Shown piece by piece: positions 14,061 to 27,403 of a stretch of 64,000 nt of DNA. Position numbers and translations under genes: made by a program. The DNA is taken from the NCBI RefSeq assembly GCF_001194135.2, contig NC_068992.1, forward strand, positions 37,611,763 to 37,675,762, written 5' to 3'. The notes under the pieces are model-generated. The model was not told the DNA's origin, did not search any database, and was given only the letters and a program-made list of their open reading frames with translations. This DNA comes from Octopus bimaculoides (taxonomy: Eukaryota). How positions within the stretch are numbered: position 1 is the stretch's first letter; every line of letters starts with the position of its first letter.

Positions 14061-14409
14061 GTGCTTCAAGAGGAAATAGCTGGGATAAGAAATTAATCAT
14101 ATCCATCACTATGCTGCTAGATAACAACCTTGTCAGGATGAAATAGATCCTTCAGCAGACACCTATGATAATGATCACAATGATATGCTTAACAACAACT
14201 TGCTTTGTTTTTCTTGAAACAAAACATACACACACATGAATGGATGTAAGCGCATACACACACAAAACCATAAAACCAGGGGGTATAAAAGGTGAATATA
14301 TATTTATTTAACCATGTAACTAACATAGGATTATGGCTGTTTTGTAAACTTCTTCATGGAATATTAATTTCAGTATGGAAGAAATTATACATATGTGTTT
14401 ACATTTATA

Positions 14410-15208
14410 CAAGGTGGTATCAAAAAGTTCTCAGATTAGCTCTGTAGTATACCAACAGATGGCAGCACACAGTTGTGTGTGCAGTGAGAACTACCAATGA
14501 CCTTCATGAGGCAGTTTGTCAAGTGACATCACTGTGTTTACTTTACAAGTTGTGAAATTTGTGTTTTTGTGATCACATGTATGCTGTAGTCTACGATTTT
14601 GTCATGGACAGGAACAAAGAACCAATGTGAAATTTTACATTAAACTTGAGAAGTCTGCTTCAGAGATATTGAGCATGCTTTTTCAAGCTTACAGTCATAT
14701 GTAATGTTTTGACAGGCATGGGCACTTCAAAAGTGGAAAAAATTCCTTGAAAGATGATGAACAATTTGGAAGACCTGCCATGAGCATCACCCCTGGAAAT
14801 GTGGTATTGTGCATCGAAAATTCATCCCCCAGGGCCAGACTGTCGATTGAGAGTTCTACTGTGACATTTTGAAGCATTTGAGGGAAGACATTTGGTGAAA
14901 GCGACTGGATCTGTGGGGCATGAAAAATTGGATGCTTCACTGAGCTCTCCTTACTCTCTTCTATATCTTCTTTAAGATGAAAATGCAGCTCAAAGGTTAC
15001 CATTTTAACACTGTTGTCAAGATCCAGAGTAAATTGCAGGAGGTCCTCAACTCGCTTCCAGAAAATTACTTCCAGGCTGGATTCCAAGCATGGCAGGAAT
15101 GCTGCATATTGCTGTGTAAGGTGAATTTTTCAAAGGAGATGATGTTAAAACTTAGGTAAATATTTTTTATTAAACATAACTATTCTAGGAACCTTTGATA
15201 CCACCTCA
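14410..15208 (+). mobile_element. Internally deleted mariner (MITE-sized, ~800 bp)
   Basis: TIRs caaggtggtatcaaaaagttc and ggaacctttgataccacctca with TA on both sides. Remnants WHGHFKSGKNSLKDDE and FKMKMQLKGYHF. Confidence 0.85.
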
Positions 15209-16044
15209 TATGTTCAACATTATATAAGTGTATATTCACAAATTAATGCAAATAAAGGAAGCTAGCTCTGACTGCATTCTGCAATCTAGTCAGCTACAAC
15301 AAACAGTGCTTAATAAGGGTCTTCAAAGTGTTGTTACAGCTGTCTCCTTCAGTCTGGAATAAAATTAGTTAGCAGCCAGCTTATTAGATGTATAGTAATG
15401 ATATTCTAATATTACAATAATCTTGGACAGGTATAATTGCCTCTCTGGTACTCTTTGTATAACATGCAGTTACATAATAATCCAGAAATCACGATATGTA
15501 GATATTGTTTTGAGTTGAGTGGGGGTGCTAAATGCCCTTGTTCAAAAATATAAGGACACAGATCATGTTGTATAACCAGCTGGAGATAATGTCTCCTGAG
15601 GCTAAATTACAGCAACGTTCATCCTAAACCAGTACTGCCATGTTATGTTGGCAAATAATCTTTACTCCAGTTACGTACTGTTATATACAATTTTGAAAAA
15701 TTTATAATCACAACAAATTCAAATATAATCCAATTCTTCACTATATCTACACCATCTGAAGCATATTTGTAGAAAAGTTCATTAAAATATATCCATGTTT
15801 CTGAAAGTTATGAGGAAAGAAATTCCTAAAGGCATATATGTGTAGTTATGCTTCAGCTAACTCTGGCTGATTACTGTGTATCATTGCACATGCATTACAA
15901 GAAGTCTGTAATAAACATGAATTATTTTAAATAATAGTAAATATATATACACACATGTAAAAGACAAAGAACTGAGTTTGAAATTATTTCCTTATAGTAT
16001 CCTAACACTTGTTTCTATGACAATTATGCGGTAATCAATTTCTA

Positions 16045-19000
16045 ATTGTTACTGAAACACATGAAATGCTTGAACAGAAGCATGTAGATTTGTGTTGCAT
16101 CCAAGAGGTAAGGTGGAGAGGAGGTTCCGCTAGGTTCCTCACAGGCAATGAACATAGTTATAAGATCTTCTGGGTAGCGAACAGTGATAGGGTTGGGGAC
16201 ATGAGTGTACACCTTGCTGAGAAATGGGTTGATAAAGTAACCGAGGTAGTCAGAGTGCGTGATAGAATACTTAAGCTTAGACTAGTGCTGCAGCATAGGA
16301 TAACAACTATTATCTTGGCCTATACCCCTCCGTCAGGTCTACCTGATGAACAGAAAGACTGATTTTCTGATGCCCTCTTGCAGACAACCTCGTTGATGAA
16401 TGACAGGGACCTTCTGTTTGTGGCGGTGACTTCAATGGGCATGTTGGACAACATCTGGACAGCTTCTATGGTGTACATGGTGGCATTGGATTTGGTGCCC
16501 ACAATGAGGAGGGAACCAGACTGCTTGAGTTCTGTAATGCAAATGATCTTATGATCTGTAATACTAACTTCAGGAAAACTGTCAATCACTTGTTCACCTA
16601 CCAGTATGGTGGGCACACTAGTCAGATTGATTACACTCTCACCAGGAAACAGGAGAGATGGCTGCTTATAAATGCCAAACCTTCCCAGATGAAGAATGTA
16701 CCCCACAACATTGATTAGTTGTTAGCAACCTCAGGATCAGGGTTAAATGGGTGCCCAGAAGACAACTAGTGTGCAAAGGAAGGGTCTGAAAGCTTAAGGA
16801 TCTTCTGAATGGACAGATATTTAGAGATGTATTACTTGAAGCTTTTGACGAAATAGAGGAGGGTATAGCATCACATAACATGGATGACAACTGAACGTTC
16901 CTATGGGTCAACCTGTTGAGGGCTAGTGACCAGACCTGTGGCTGGTGCAAAGTCCCTTCTTGAACTAAGGTGACATCGTGGTGAAACAATGTAGTTGACA
17001 GGACCATTAAGGACAAGAAACAGGCCTGGAAGGACTGAAAGTGGTAGCAGGGAATTGTATCAGACTGCTAGAAGGGAAGCTAGGAGACAGGTTTACTTAG
17101 CCAGAGGGCAAGCAGAAAAGAAGAGATTTGCAAATGTTCAGCATCACGAGGACCAGAGACTTGAAGTGTTTCGAACTGCAAGACAGTGTGTGAGAGAGAA
17201 TCATGATGTCATAGGAGAGAAATGTGTCTGCATGGATGATGGCTCACTTGCATTTAATGGGGCTGCAAAGAAAGAGACTTAGAGATGCCACTATGAAAAG
17301 TTGTTAAGAGAATGAATGGGAGAGAGAGAGTCTGCCAAATGTTGACCCAACTGAGGGACCAGCTGTTTGAATTGACAGTACTTTGGTAGATAAAGCAACT
17401 AAAAATAAGAAGATAGGGAAAGACTCTAGCCCATCAGGAAACACTGCTGAGATGCTTAAAATATCTAGTGGTGTAGGCTATGGTCTAGTTACCCATATAG
17501 TTAACCAGTAGTCATATCCAATGACAGGTGTGTCAGCAATATAGTCAACTGCAACAAAGGTAAAGGTAATGCTTTAGATAGAAATAATTACAGAGGTATC
17601 AAAATGTTGGATCAGGTGATTGAAGTTGCAGAGAGGATCATAGCCTAACTAATAAGGGAGAGTGTTAGTTTAGATGAGATGCAGTTTGGGTCTGTGCCAG
17701 GTAGAAGCACCACTGATGCTATATTTCTGGTAAGACAGCTGCAAGAAAAATTCCTAGCCAAAGATAAACATCTGTACTTGGCTTTTGTTGACATGAAGAA
17801 AGCCTTTGACAGAATCCCACGATGTCTTATCTGGTGGTCAATGTGGAAATTACGGATAGATGAGTGGTTGGTGAAAGCTGTACAAGTCATGTACAGGGAT
17901 GCTGTCAGTAAGGTGAGGGTTAGCAACAAGTACAGCAAAGAATTCAGGTTACAAGTAGGGGTTCACCGAGGGTCAGTCTTCAGCCCCCTCTTATTCAATA
18001 TAGTCCTCCAGGCAATAGCAGAGGAATTCAAGACAGGCTACCCTTGGGAGCTCCTCTATTCTGATGACCATGCTCTTATAGCTGAATCACTACCAGAACT
18101 AGAGAAGTTATAGGTGCGGAAGCAAGGTCTAGAATCAAAGGGCCTTAGAATTAAACTAGCAAAAACCAAAGTATTACTGAGCAGGAGGATGGACAAATCA
18201 CAAATCCCTTCATGTAGCACCCTTATTAAATCTGTAGAAAAGGTGTAGGTAGAAACTCTATAAGATGTACCCAGTGTAAACTATGGACACATAAGAAGTG
18301 CAGTAATATCAGAAGAAGGTTAACGGGAAAGATAGTTCTTGTATGTGAAAGGTGTACAGGTACAATAAACACCAAAAATGTACAGATAATAAATTCCATC
18401 ATAAGCCAGGGGAAAAAAATAGAAGTAGTCAATAGCTTCTGTTACCTAGGTAACCAAGTCAGTAGCGAGGGTGGATGCTCCAAGAGCATAGCTGCAAGAA
18501 TAAGAATAGGCTGGGCAAAGTTCAGAGAGCTCCTACCTCTGTTGGTAACAAAAGGCCTCTCTCTCAGAGTGAAAGGCAGATAATAGGATGCCTGTGTGCG
18601 AACAGCTATGTTACACAGCAGTGAAACATGGGCTGTGACAGCTGAGGACATGCGTAAGCTTGAAAGAAATGAAACCAGTATGCTTCACTGGATGTGCAAT
18701 GTTAGTGTGCATGTTCAACAAAGTGTAAGCATCTTGAGAGAAAAGTTAGGCATAAAAGGCATCAGACGTGGTGTGCAAGAGAGATGACTGTGCTGGTATG
18801 GTCATGTGATGTATGTGGTGAGGACAGCTGTGTAAATCTCTAACTGTGGAGGGAACTTGTGGTAGAGGTAGACACAGGAAGACATGACCACTGAAGACAT
18901 GTGTAGGCTTGTGAGAAATGAAGCCAGTATGTTCTGCTGGATGTGTATTGTCAGTGTGCGTGCACGGCAGAGTGTGAGCATCCTGAGAGAAAAGTTGAAC

Positions 19001-19610
19001 ATAAAAATCATTAGAAGTGGTTTGCAAAAGAGATAACTGCACTGGTATGGTCATGTGATGCATATGGATGAGGACAGCTGTGTGAAGAAGTGTCACACTC
19101 TAACAATGGAGGGAACCTGTGGAAGAGGNNNNNNNNNNGAAGTGTCACACTCTAACAATGGAGGGAACCTGTGGAAGAGGTAGACCCAGGAAGACATGGG
19201 ATGAGGTGGTGAAGCATGACCTTCAAACATTCGACCTCACAGGAGCAATGACAAACAACCAAGATCTTTGGAGATATGCCATGCTTGAGAAGACCCAGCA
19301 AGCCAAGTGAGATCATAGTCATGTCCAATGCCAGTGTCACATAACCGGCCCATTAAAATCACCCTTCAGTTGTTGAACCAAGTGAAATTGTAGTTGTGGC
19401 CGATGCCAGTGCCACCTGACTCACACCCATGCTGGTGGCACATAAAACTCACCCACTATACTGTTGGAGTGGTTAGCATTAGGAAGGGCATATAGCCATA
19501 GAAACCTTGCCAAATCAGATTGGAGCCTGGTGCAGCCTCCCAACTTACCAGTTCTCAGTCAAACCATCCAACTCATGCTAGCATGGAAAGCAAACATTAA
19601 ATGGCAATGG
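16045..19610 (+). mobile_element. Near full-length decayed RTE-clade LINE (APE + RT + 3' UTR)
   Basis: APE: VDLCCIQEVRWRG, GDFNGHVG, QIDY. RT: QFGSVPGRSTTDAIFLVRQLQEK, FVDMKKAFD, LYSDD. About 220 bp of the C-terminal region is duplicated (~18640-19100). Tail ends in (tgg)n. Confidence 0.92.
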
Positions 19611-19713
19611 TGGTGGTGGTGGTGGTGGTNNNNNNNNNNNNNNNNNNNNNNNNNNNNNNNNNNNNNNNNNNNNNNNNNNNNNNNNNNNNNNNNNNNNNNN
19701 NNNNNNNNNNNNN

Positions 19714-19770
19714 AGAAGAAGAAGAAGAAGAAGAAGAAGAAGAAGAAGAAGAAGAAGAAGAAGAAGAAGA
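19714..19770. repeat. (GAA)n microsatellite
   Basis: Direct read; follows an N gap. Confidence 0.95.
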
Positions 19771-20479
19771 ATTTCCAGCAAAATTCTCCTTTTATATTTT
19801 ATATATGTATTGTGACCATCATAGCCAATGAAACTTACAACATGAAATATTGCTATAATAACACAAATTCTCTTCACCATTTTCTCTTTAGGAGTGTAAT
19901 GAATTACATGGAGTTCCAGCACAACATTTATACCTTTGTCAACTTTATTAACATTCTATAGATAGACAGATAGACAAACAGACTGACAGGTATACAGTTA
20001 GATAGATAGCACACCCATTCATCACTGGTCACCTCCATCTCTTAACTACCATTAACTATATTCACCTCACAACCCTAGCTAATCTCTACAGTTGTCGACT
20101 GTTATTTCCTACCTCCCCAACTTATCATCCACTCAAAACATTTTCCATTCATTATATTCATACCCACACCCACCAATTCCTCCTCTCTCACTCTTCCATA
20201 CACTCTTGCAGATTCTACACACCCACATTTCCAGTTCATCTGATTCCATTCACTTCTACTCACCTTGTACTATGAGGTTCCACACAGACACCTCATCAAC
20301 ACTGCTATTTTCACACTGCTCACCCCAACCATTTCTTGTAAAATTAGAGTAGGTATGTAGCCCCTCAACAACAAAAGACTTGTTCTGTTCTGACCCCTTC
20401 ACTTGTACTTTAACTCATTATCTCCAAGCATAGAATCACCTCTCTCAAAGTTCATATTCTTGTAAAGCTGCATGATAAC

Positions 20480-20655
20480 CTCACTAGTGCTAGTAGCATG
20501 AAAGAAGCATTCAGTACAGTGATTGTAAAGTAGCTGGCATTAGAAAAAGCATCCAGTCATAGAAACCATACCAAAGTAGATAATGGATCTTGCCAAACTA
20601 TTCACCTCATGCCAGCATGAAACATGGACATTAAATGATGGTGATGATAACGATA
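20480..20655 (+). mobile_element. Diverged RTE 3' tail fragment
   Basis: gctggcattagaaaaagcatccagtcatagaaacc...catgccagcatgaaacatggacattaaatgatg matches the tail at 7200-7335. Confidence 0.7.
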
Positions 20656-20657
20656 AT

Positions 20658-20659
<2 letters not shown>

Positions 20660-20689
<30 letters not shown>

Positions 20690-20726
20690 TAAACAGACAG
20701 AGAAATATCACTATACACACATATGC

Positions 20727-20785
<59 letters not shown>

Positions 20786-20802
20786 TGTGTGTGTGTGTGT
20801 GT

Positions 20803-20834
<32 letters not shown>

Positions 20835-20835
20835 C
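20660..20835. repeat. (GA)n and (GT)n microsatellites
   Basis: Direct read. Confidence 0.95.
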
Positions 20836-20839
20836 TGTA

Positions 20840-21080
20840 TTATCCAGACTATCAGATGCTGTTCTATACCACTGGTCCAATGTGCTTCCTCACATTGTTA
20901 TAGCTCTTCAGTGATTCCACACTACTGACTAGTTGGATGGGAAGCCAATATTTCCTGGCTCTATTGCATGTTTACCCATTTGCAGCTGAGTGGAGAACTG
21001 GAGCAATGAGAAGTGTTTTGCTCATGGACACAGCATACCACTGATCTGTGAATCAAAAACCAATATTTTGCAATCATGCA
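20840..21080 (-). mobile_element. Decayed tRNA-type SINE
   Basis: acccatttgcagctgagtggagaactggagcaatgagaagtgttttgctcatggacac resembles the reverse strand of metazoan tRNA-SINE central domains. Confidence 0.45.
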
Positions 21081-21551
21081 AGTATATCTTCACAACAACT
21101 GCACTTAACTATTACATCCCTTGGGGAACCCCCTCCCCTCACACCATCACATCACCACCTTCACTACTATTGTTATCATCACCATCATCACCACTACTAC
21201 TATTATTACCACCATCATCACCATCACTTTCATGCTTCATTCTATTTCTCCCTACTTTTATTACTACTGTCATCACCACCACCACATGAACCATCACCAT
21301 CATCACCAAACCCATCCTTTCTATTAATATATAATTCTAGCAGAATATTACTTTCCTAGATAGGAAACAGGTGAAAATAAGCATCAGAAAGAGCATCCAA
21401 TCACAGAAAAATTGTCTTAACAATGTTATCATCTGGCTCATGAATGCTTAGAAAAATGCATACTAAAAGTGATGATGATATTCTAGTTATAATTTTCTTA
21501 CGAAACACATAGATAGCATAGAAGTGCTCAAGTCGAACCTGAAGCATTAGA

Positions 21552-24500
21552 TAAGTATAGTGGATAGAATAGAAAACGTTCAAATCAGGCAGACTACGAT
21601 TAACACATACATATATAGGTTTGGTTAAAATAAGAATTGTCCAAACTGAAAAAATATTGATATATAGAGATATAAAAATATATAGAAATATAAAAATATA
21701 TGAATACTAAAAATATACATGGACATATAGACATATAAACATACTGATAACACTGGGCAACAAAAAGATCTTTTTGTCATGCTATTTATACTTTTTCAGT
21801 TGATTTAGGGTAAGTTTAGGGTGATGAATTCAAATCTGACATCAGTTTTCAGACAGCACATGTAGTTTTTTAGTTATTCACAGCATCAAATTTTCCAACT
21901 AATTGATAATATTGACAAAGTAGTAGGCTATTTGCTTTCGATTTTCATTCATATTCTCATCACTGAAACAAAATACATGCTGATAGAGGGAAATGTAGGC
22001 TACCTGTTAAATTGTCACACAAGATGAGAATTTATTTTACTTTGTTATCGCTGTAATTATAGTAAAGTTCTCCTCACAGTAGGTTATTGATATTAGGTTA
22101 TAGTAAGTCACTTAGACTCCTTTTTCTTGATAACTGTTAGTACTGTTAAAAAAAAGTACATCAAATAAGAGAGCCAGGTTATATGGAAAGTAGTTTAGTA
22201 GTAAGTCTAGTTATTTATTAAAGTGATCAATGTTTGAAATTTAGAGATGGAAAAAATTGTTTCGTGATAGCCATAGCTTCAGTACATTCTATAATAATTT
22301 CAATGAATTTTTTGGAGAAATATATTTTGATATTTTACCATAACATTGATTAATTTTATATTTTAGGTTATTACTGTATGTATTTATGATGAGCAGAAAA
22401 GTTTGTGCTAATCACCTGGATAGCTTTTGTTACATGTGTGGAAAATTTATGCCAAAAGATCAGAGAAATAAGCTTACAAAGAAATGTTTAAATGCTTACA
22501 AGCTTTACTTTGGGGGAAAAGTTGGAGACCAAGATAAATTGTGGGTGCCTCATGTTTGTTTCAAAAACTGCTACATAGCACTAATCCAATGGCTGAATAG
22601 TAAACGGAAAAGTATACCATTTGCAGTATCAATAATATGGCACAAGCCAACAAACCACTACAAAAATTGTTAATTTCTGCTTAACTAACATCACAGGTTT
22701 CTCTAAGAAGAACAAATCCAAGATTATTTATCCAGATTGCCCTTCAGCTTTAACACCAATTGCTCATGCTGCTGAAAATATTCCAATTCCAGAACTTCCT
22801 TCATCTTTTGACAAAGATAGTTCAAGTGAAGAAAGTACTGCATCTACTTCAATTGAAGGCGTGCCGAGTGATACAGCAGATCACTGTGATGAACCAGGAT
22901 CTTCAAAAAAATTTCCTCATTTATTAAGTCAGCTTGAGTTAAATGATTTAGTTAGAGACTTGGATTTAACAAAAGAAAAGTCAAAATTATTGAGCTCCAG
23001 GTTGAAACAATGGAATCTTTTATATGGTGGTGTAAAATACTCGTATTTTCGAAGACAGCATACAGAATTGCATGAATTTTTTATGGAGAAAGACAGTATT
23101 TGTTTTTGTTGTGATGTTGAAGGACTCCTACATGAGATGGGGTACAGCCATAATCCTGAGGAATGGAGACACTTCATAGATTCCAGTAAAGCAAGCCTTA
23201 AAGCTGTTTTGCTGCATAATGGCAATCAAAAACCTTCAATACCACTAGCACATACTGTAGGATTAAAGGAAACTTATGAATCAATGGATCTTGATTAAAT
23301 ATTCTGAGCACAACTAGAATATATGCAGGGATTTGAAAGTTATTAGTTGGCTTCTTGGGTTGCAAATGGGGTATACAAAGCATCAGTGCTTTTTGTACCT
23401 CTGGAACAGCAGAGATTACAAGCATTATTATGATCAAAAAGAGCGGCCAAAGAAATGTGATCTCGCTCCAAGGAGATACAACATTAAGTATATACCTTCC
23501 TCCCTTACACATTAAACTTAACTTCTTTAAGAATTTTTTTAAGGCCATGAATGAAGACAGGAAAGATTCAAATATCTCAGTGAAAATTTTGTTTCTAGCA
23601 AGACCAGAAATTCACACACTAATTTGTGATGAGTTTTTTCAAGAAAAATTAAGCCCAGTAGAGAAAACTGCTTGGGAAAAGATTGTTTCTCTTGTAAAAA
23701 AACTTTTTGGGAAATGGAAAATCATCTAACTATGTTGCAATTGTGAATGATTTTTTGAAAGGTTATAAGCAACTTGGGGCAAGAATGTCTCTAAAAATTA
23801 ATTTTCTCCACTCTTATCTTGACTTTTTTCCACCCAATATGGGTTATGTAAGTGATGAGCATGAAAGCCGCTACAGTGGCAGACTTACACCAAACATGCT
23901 GACAGACTGCTACTGGTTTTTAAAATGAGAAATGGACGTGCAACATAAGTGCAAAAGAAAACGCTAAAGCTATTTTTGAAAAACATAAAATTAATAATAT
24001 TCACTTTACACTTTTGTTTTGTGTTTTATTGGTTTTAGAGCTACTTGTTCACCTAGTTGCTATTGTTCTTATACCAAATAATGGTAATTTATACTTAACA
24101 TAACATTCCTTTTATTTGTCATGAATTTTCACATTATTGTAATTTTGATAACAGTATAGTAATGATAGTGCAAAAACGTGATATGCTAGAGCAAAAATGA
24201 TTGCAGATTCAGAATCAGCATTCCCTAATTACCTATGAGCACCATTTCATCTAATAGTATCAAAACTTTTGTTCCCAAGTGTAATAAAAAACAGATAAAA
24301 ATAATAGTGGAATATAGATAAAAAACGTTTTTTAAAAAAATTTTAAATATGGTACAGTTATAGGCATTAAAAAGGGTTTTGGGTTACATGTTAGAAGAAA
24401 TACAGTGTTCCAACTATGATTGACCAATCATAGACATGGCCTCATCTTACAATATGATTACTGGCAGATATCGAATGTATATAAAAGAATCATTCATTAT

Positions 24501-25216
24501 CCTTTGCATGTTTAATTCTACTGTTTAAGATAAGTTTTCTGACACTATTCATTCGTGCAACCACAGATACTACTCAACTTTCATGAGACAATTTAAATTT
24601 GAACCTACTTAGCATTAATTTCTGTTGCATAGTATATCGCCAATACAATTATAAATTTTAAGAAAGAAAGTAAGCAATCTAATTTTACTCCAATTAGCCC
24701 TCATAAAAACTTCCATAATTTACATAGCTATATCTGCTCTTCTATAAAAGCATCCAATTTTCTCATACCTTCATAAAGAACTGAACACATATCAAAAATA
24801 AACATCATTTTTCTCTCTGATGAAGGGGGCATTTTCTGGAAATGATTCTTAATCAGTAATTTGACTGCTCCAGAAACAATTGTCGGAATACTATATTTCT
24901 TCTAACATGTAACCCAAAACTCTTTTTAATGCCTATTACTATACCATATTCTTAATTTTTAAAGAAAATTTTTTTATCTATATTCCACTGTTATTTTTAT
25001 TTATATTCTATTATTTATGTATCTATATATCTCTATGTCCATGTATATTTTTAGTATTCATATATTTTTATATTTCTAGATATTTTTATATCTCTAATAT
25101 ATCAATATATTTTTCAATTTGGACAATTCTTATTTTATTTTAACTAAACTTGCATATGTATATGTTAATCGTAGTCTGCCTGATTTAAACTTTTTCCATT
25201 CTATCCACTATGCTTA
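21552..25216. mobile_element. Unclassified long-TIR (~190 bp) DNA element, host of the Chapaev3 insertion
   Basis: 21552-21740 (taagtatagtggatagaatagaaaacgttcaaatcaggcagactacgattaac...) is the reverse complement of ~25020-25216. Possible TA TSD. Confidence 0.8.
21751..24281 (+). mobile_element. Chapaev3-type DNA transposon, transposase pseudogene (~22386-23960)
   Basis: Termini CAC...GTG (cactgggcaacaaaa / ttttgttcccaagtg), TAA TSD at 21748-50 and 24282-84. Chapa Zn motif (FCYMCG...DQDKLWVPHVC..C...NH...C) and FIDSSKASLKAVLLHNGN, PPLHIKL, SLKINFLHS, VSDEHE. Frameshifted. Confidence 0.85.
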
Positions 25217-25405
25217 CATATATATATATACATATAGTGTAGGTATCAGTTAGAGGGGTTCAATTATCTTTTGCATCCTAACCAATGCACCTATCTATAT
25301 TTGCATTCTGAAAAGATTTACTTAAACCAGTAAATCAAAATGATCATAAATGCTTCTCTCATCTCTGCTTCTTCCTCCTTGTTAACTATTTAATTAAAGA
25401 CATAC

Positions 25406-25453
25406 CAGCGAAAACAATGAGTTTCCCATTGTTATTATATCCATTTTCTTCTC
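25406..25453 (-). CDS. Weak candidate internal exon (48 nt, EKKMDIITMGNSLFSL)
   Basis: gtgtag acceptor and gtatgt donor; frame-compatible after the 27284 exon. Poor polypyrimidine tract, could be chance. Confidence 0.2.
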
Positions 25454-25586
25454 CTACACACGTATATATATATATATACATATATATATCAAGGGTTGAA
25501 CAAACAGAACACAAGGAGAAAAAGTTAGACAAAAGCAGAGTAAATGAGGAAACTAGACAAAAACTTAACAGACAGGAAATGTCATA

Positions 25587-25669
25587 GTGAATGGTTTTCT
25601 TGACGACATGTCAGTGTGACTACGACAGTTGCTAGGCAGCAACAAAATGGCAATGAGTGAGCTCATCAT
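25587..25669 (+). other. 83-bp templated copy of Gypsy gag segment 10628-10710
   Basis: 82/83 identical to 10628-10710; flanked by tcatagtg on both sides. Confidence 0.9.
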
Positions 25670-25904
25670 AGTGGTTTCACGCCATTATTATTGAGACCAC
25701 TCAATCTTAAAGGCACCAGTGCTGTTATTAAAGACAGAGAGAGAGAATGTGTGTGTGTGTATTTGTATGTTCTTATATGTGTTATTACACATTTTTCCAA
25801 TCAAGTTATTTATTGAATGCCAAGACAATTCTAGGAAAAAGACTTTGCTTGCTCCTCTTTGTCTCTTTGGATTTTTATTAGATGATAATATTACAAGTTA
25901 TATA

Positions 25905-26010
25905 AGGTGGTGAGCTGGCAGAATCATTAGCATGCCAGGCTAAATGTTTGGTGGCATTTTGTCTATCTTTACGTTCTGAGGTCAAGTTCTGCCAAGGTCA
26001 ACTTTGCCTT
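25905..26010 (+). mobile_element. 5' head fragment of tRNA-type SINE
   Basis: ggtgagctggcagaatcattagc...ttctgaggtcaagttctgccaaggtcaactttgcctt. Confidence 0.6.
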
Positions 26011-26711
26011 AAATGACTCAGAGACACCATCTTCATGAAAGACAAAAGGTAAATGTTAAAATGATTAATGCAGAGAGCATTAAAAAACTAACTAAAAATA
26101 ATGTAGTGAGAAAAAAATAACATTATTAGCTTTAATATAGTGTTTTCTATTCTCCAGGAAGTACATGTATTAAGTATGTTTCCCAAGAATGTTGTACAAT
26201 ACAAGAGACAATATGAATCACGGAATCTTTGACCAAGTGGCTTACACTCATAAAATTGTCAAAATTAAGTTCCCTGTTAAGTTATAGAATTGAACACTAA
26301 TAGCTACAGTGATCAATCAGTATCTCAGTTGACAGAAACTCCCTGCAGATAATTAGTAGGATGCAAGGGTCTCTCCAGACCACCATATTAAGGTATTCCA
26401 AACTTAATTTGCAACAGAGTTAGGGCACTCTAACTTCTTAATTTAATTTTAAATCAAGGCTTAATTAGTCAAAAAAAGTTTCAAGAATATTTTAGATACA
26501 TTTTTCTAAAATTTGATGATATTTTTTTAAAAATGGAATATGATAAATAAATATAGCTGCCCATGTTTAAGGAGAAATCACTGTAGATAACAATAAATCA
26601 GGCAACATTTTTTTCTTTAATCAGTGATATTAGCAGCTAAACACACTATAGTGAACAGCTGTAGTTGACTATTGCATGTCTATGCAATTGATAGATAGCT
26701 AATTGAGAGCA

Positions 26712-26831
26712 CTAATGCCTAAATTTAGTCCCACTGCATGGCACTTTGGGCAAATGTCTTCTACTATAGCCTCGGGCCGACCAAAGCCTTGTGAGTGGAT
26801 TTGGTAGATGGAAATTGAAAGAAGACCGTCG

Positions 26832-26894
<63 letters not shown>

Positions 26895-27117
26895 TTGTGT
26901 GTTTGTGTTTGTCCCCCCCAACATCGCTTGACAACCGATGCTGTTGTGTTTACGTCCCCGTAACTTAGCGGTTCGGCAAAAGAGACCGATAGAATAAGTA
27001 CTAGGCTTACAAAGAATAAGACCTGGGGTCGATTTGCTTGACTAAAGGTGGTGCTCCAGCATGGCTGCAGTCAAATGACTGAAACAAATAAAAGAGTAAA
27101 AGAGTAAAGAGTAAATT
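26712..27117 (+). mobile_element. tRNA-derived octopod-type SINE with internal (TA)/(GT) microsatellite
   Basis: cccactgcatggcactttgggcaaatgtcttctactatagcctcgggccgacc...gcagtcaaatgactgaaac plus (aagagta)n tail; an inverted family member lies at 31610-31988. Confidence 0.8.
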
Positions 27118-27283
27118 TGAAAAAGTCTCAGCTACCATGAAAAAACAAAATAAATGGATTTAAAACAGAAAATTTTAAAAAATAAATAATGGAAGTATAT
27201 AAATGGAATATAAAATTGTTTTGAAATTGTTAAATCTTTTAAAAAATGCAACTATAATCAATAGATTTTTTTCTTATACTGAC

Positions 27284-27403
27284 TTGAAGACCTTCCTCTG
27301 CTTTTTTCAAAGTAATACTCAATTCATGGAAGTCAGATTCACACCCAGCACTGCTTTCATAGCTCTCCATTTTCTTCCGTAACTGATGCACTTCATCTTG
27401 TAC
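27284..27403 (-). CDS. Host gene coding exon (120 nt, phase 0/0; VQDEVHQLRKKMESYESSAGCESDFHELSITLKKAEEGLQ), possibly the N-terminal exon of an IQCH-like protein
   Basis: Pyrimidine-rich acceptor ...ttattccag, donor gtcagt, open frame, non-repeat, coiled-coil-like. IQCH resemblance is from memory of the human N-terminus (IHEDLYQLKEKL...DIQSLETAIKRTEVGLR), unverified. Confidence 0.6.

Noticed and set aside
15678-15802. Possible minus-strand exon with ...ctttcag acceptor
   Set aside because: No frame gives a convincing peptide or phase continuity; indistinguishable from background.
21048-21359. His-rich ORFs
   Set aside because: Derived from degenerate (CAT/CAC/TAC)n microsatellite.
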